Made by a program: the position numbers and the translations under genes. Positions 63,180 through 64,000 of a stretch of 64,000 bases of DNA are shown here, one piece after another. Where the stretch lies: the NCBI GenBank assembly GCA_002633005.1, contig NMRA01000098.1, positions 433,435 to 497,434 on the forward strand, written 5' to 3'. Within the stretch, counting starts at the first letter, position 1, and every line of letters begins with the position of its first letter. Below the pieces are notes generated by a model. It saw nothing but the letters and a program-made list of their open reading frames with translations, was not told the origin of the DNA and did no database searches. Source of the DNA: Phoronis australis (lineage: Eukaryota; Animalia; Phoronida).

Positions 63180-63361
63180 ACTGCAATAGCATTCTGAATA
63201 TGATAAATGTATTGGACTGCAATAGCATTCTGAATATGATAAATGTATTGGACTGCAATAGCATTCTGAATATGATAAATGTATTGGACTGCAATAGCAT
63301 TCTGAATATGATAAATGTATTGGACTGCAATAGCATTCTGAATATGATAAATGTATTGGAC
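63180..63361. repeat. 36-bp minisatellite (CTGCAATAGCATTCTGAATATGATAAATGTATTGGA) x5
   Basis: Five perfect head-to-tail copies with no spacers. Confidence 0.95.
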
Positions 63362-64000
63362 AACATACTGGGCTGATAGAATTCAGAAACTGGTCAGCTG
63401 TATTAATGAACATGAAATATGCAAACAATTTGTAACAGCTATAATAACAGAAATTTTGATTTTGAGTCTGTCGAATGTCACTGAAAGTGGAAGCTCCTCC
63501 ATTGCACTAAACCAGAAGTGAAACATCAATGGTGTTCTCAGCCAGGGTACCAAAGCATTTGCATATGTTTCTAACGAGGAAGCTAAGCACAACTGGTATT
63601 GCTACCAGCACCATATGATTTGCATATATCTGATGAGGAAACCAAGTTTGTGACATAGCCTGTTATGTAAAAAGTAATTTTATTTTACTCTGTAACATGA
63701 CCTGTAGGTGTTTAATGCTGGTGCCTGTAGGGGCCATTGTTTTGGATGTGTCTATGAACTGCGGTGGGAATCCTTGGTGGAGTTTCGTAATTGCAAGTCT
63801 CACTAAGAAGCTGGTATGATCATGTGCCTCGCTTGTAACACATGACGATATCTTGCAAAGTCTTGTGTTTTCGTCAGACCCTCGCTGCTACGGAAGGCAC
63901 GCACGCCTGGTTTTCCTCACACTAATAGTTCATTGTTTGATGGAGCGTTGCCCTCCTGTATTTACCTAAGCTGTAAGTCACATCTGGTAACACATGTTTA

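Noticed and set aside
63054-63428. 36-bp repeat as a CRISPR array or repeat-protein ORF (CSPIHLSYSECY)n
   Set aside because: Head-to-tail copies with no spacers, eukaryotic context, and open in several frames only because the unit length is a multiple of 3.

Overview
AT-rich eukaryotic genomic DNA with spliceosomal GT-AG introns, probably from a heterozygous marine invertebrate deuterostome (taxon is inference). Most ORFs in the supplied track are spurious or only partly overlap real exons. By hand I reconstructed one large minus-strand gene: a non-coding first exon ending at ~56856, ATG at 56604, and 27 phase-consistent coding exons down to ~336. It encodes about 1,550 aa and continues off the left edge. 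Its architecture is: signal peptide, small beta-rich luminal domain, TM1, ~360-aa disordered cytosolic loop, TM2 (signal-peptide-like), rest of the beta domain, EGF, cbEGF, TNFR-type Cys repeats, unknown and Cys-rich domains, TM3, TM4, helical loop, probable TM5. The N-terminal ~610 aa strongly resemble the astrotactin (ASTN1/2) N-terminal hairpin module, but no MACPF/FNIII part is recognisable. A second gene starts head-to-head on the plus strand (ATG 57293) and looks like a divergent paralogue of the same N-terminal domain. The window also holds two ~1.7-1.8 kb tandem near-duplications joined by a single N (likely haplotype assembly artefacts), minisatellites, MITE-like elements and dispersed repeats.
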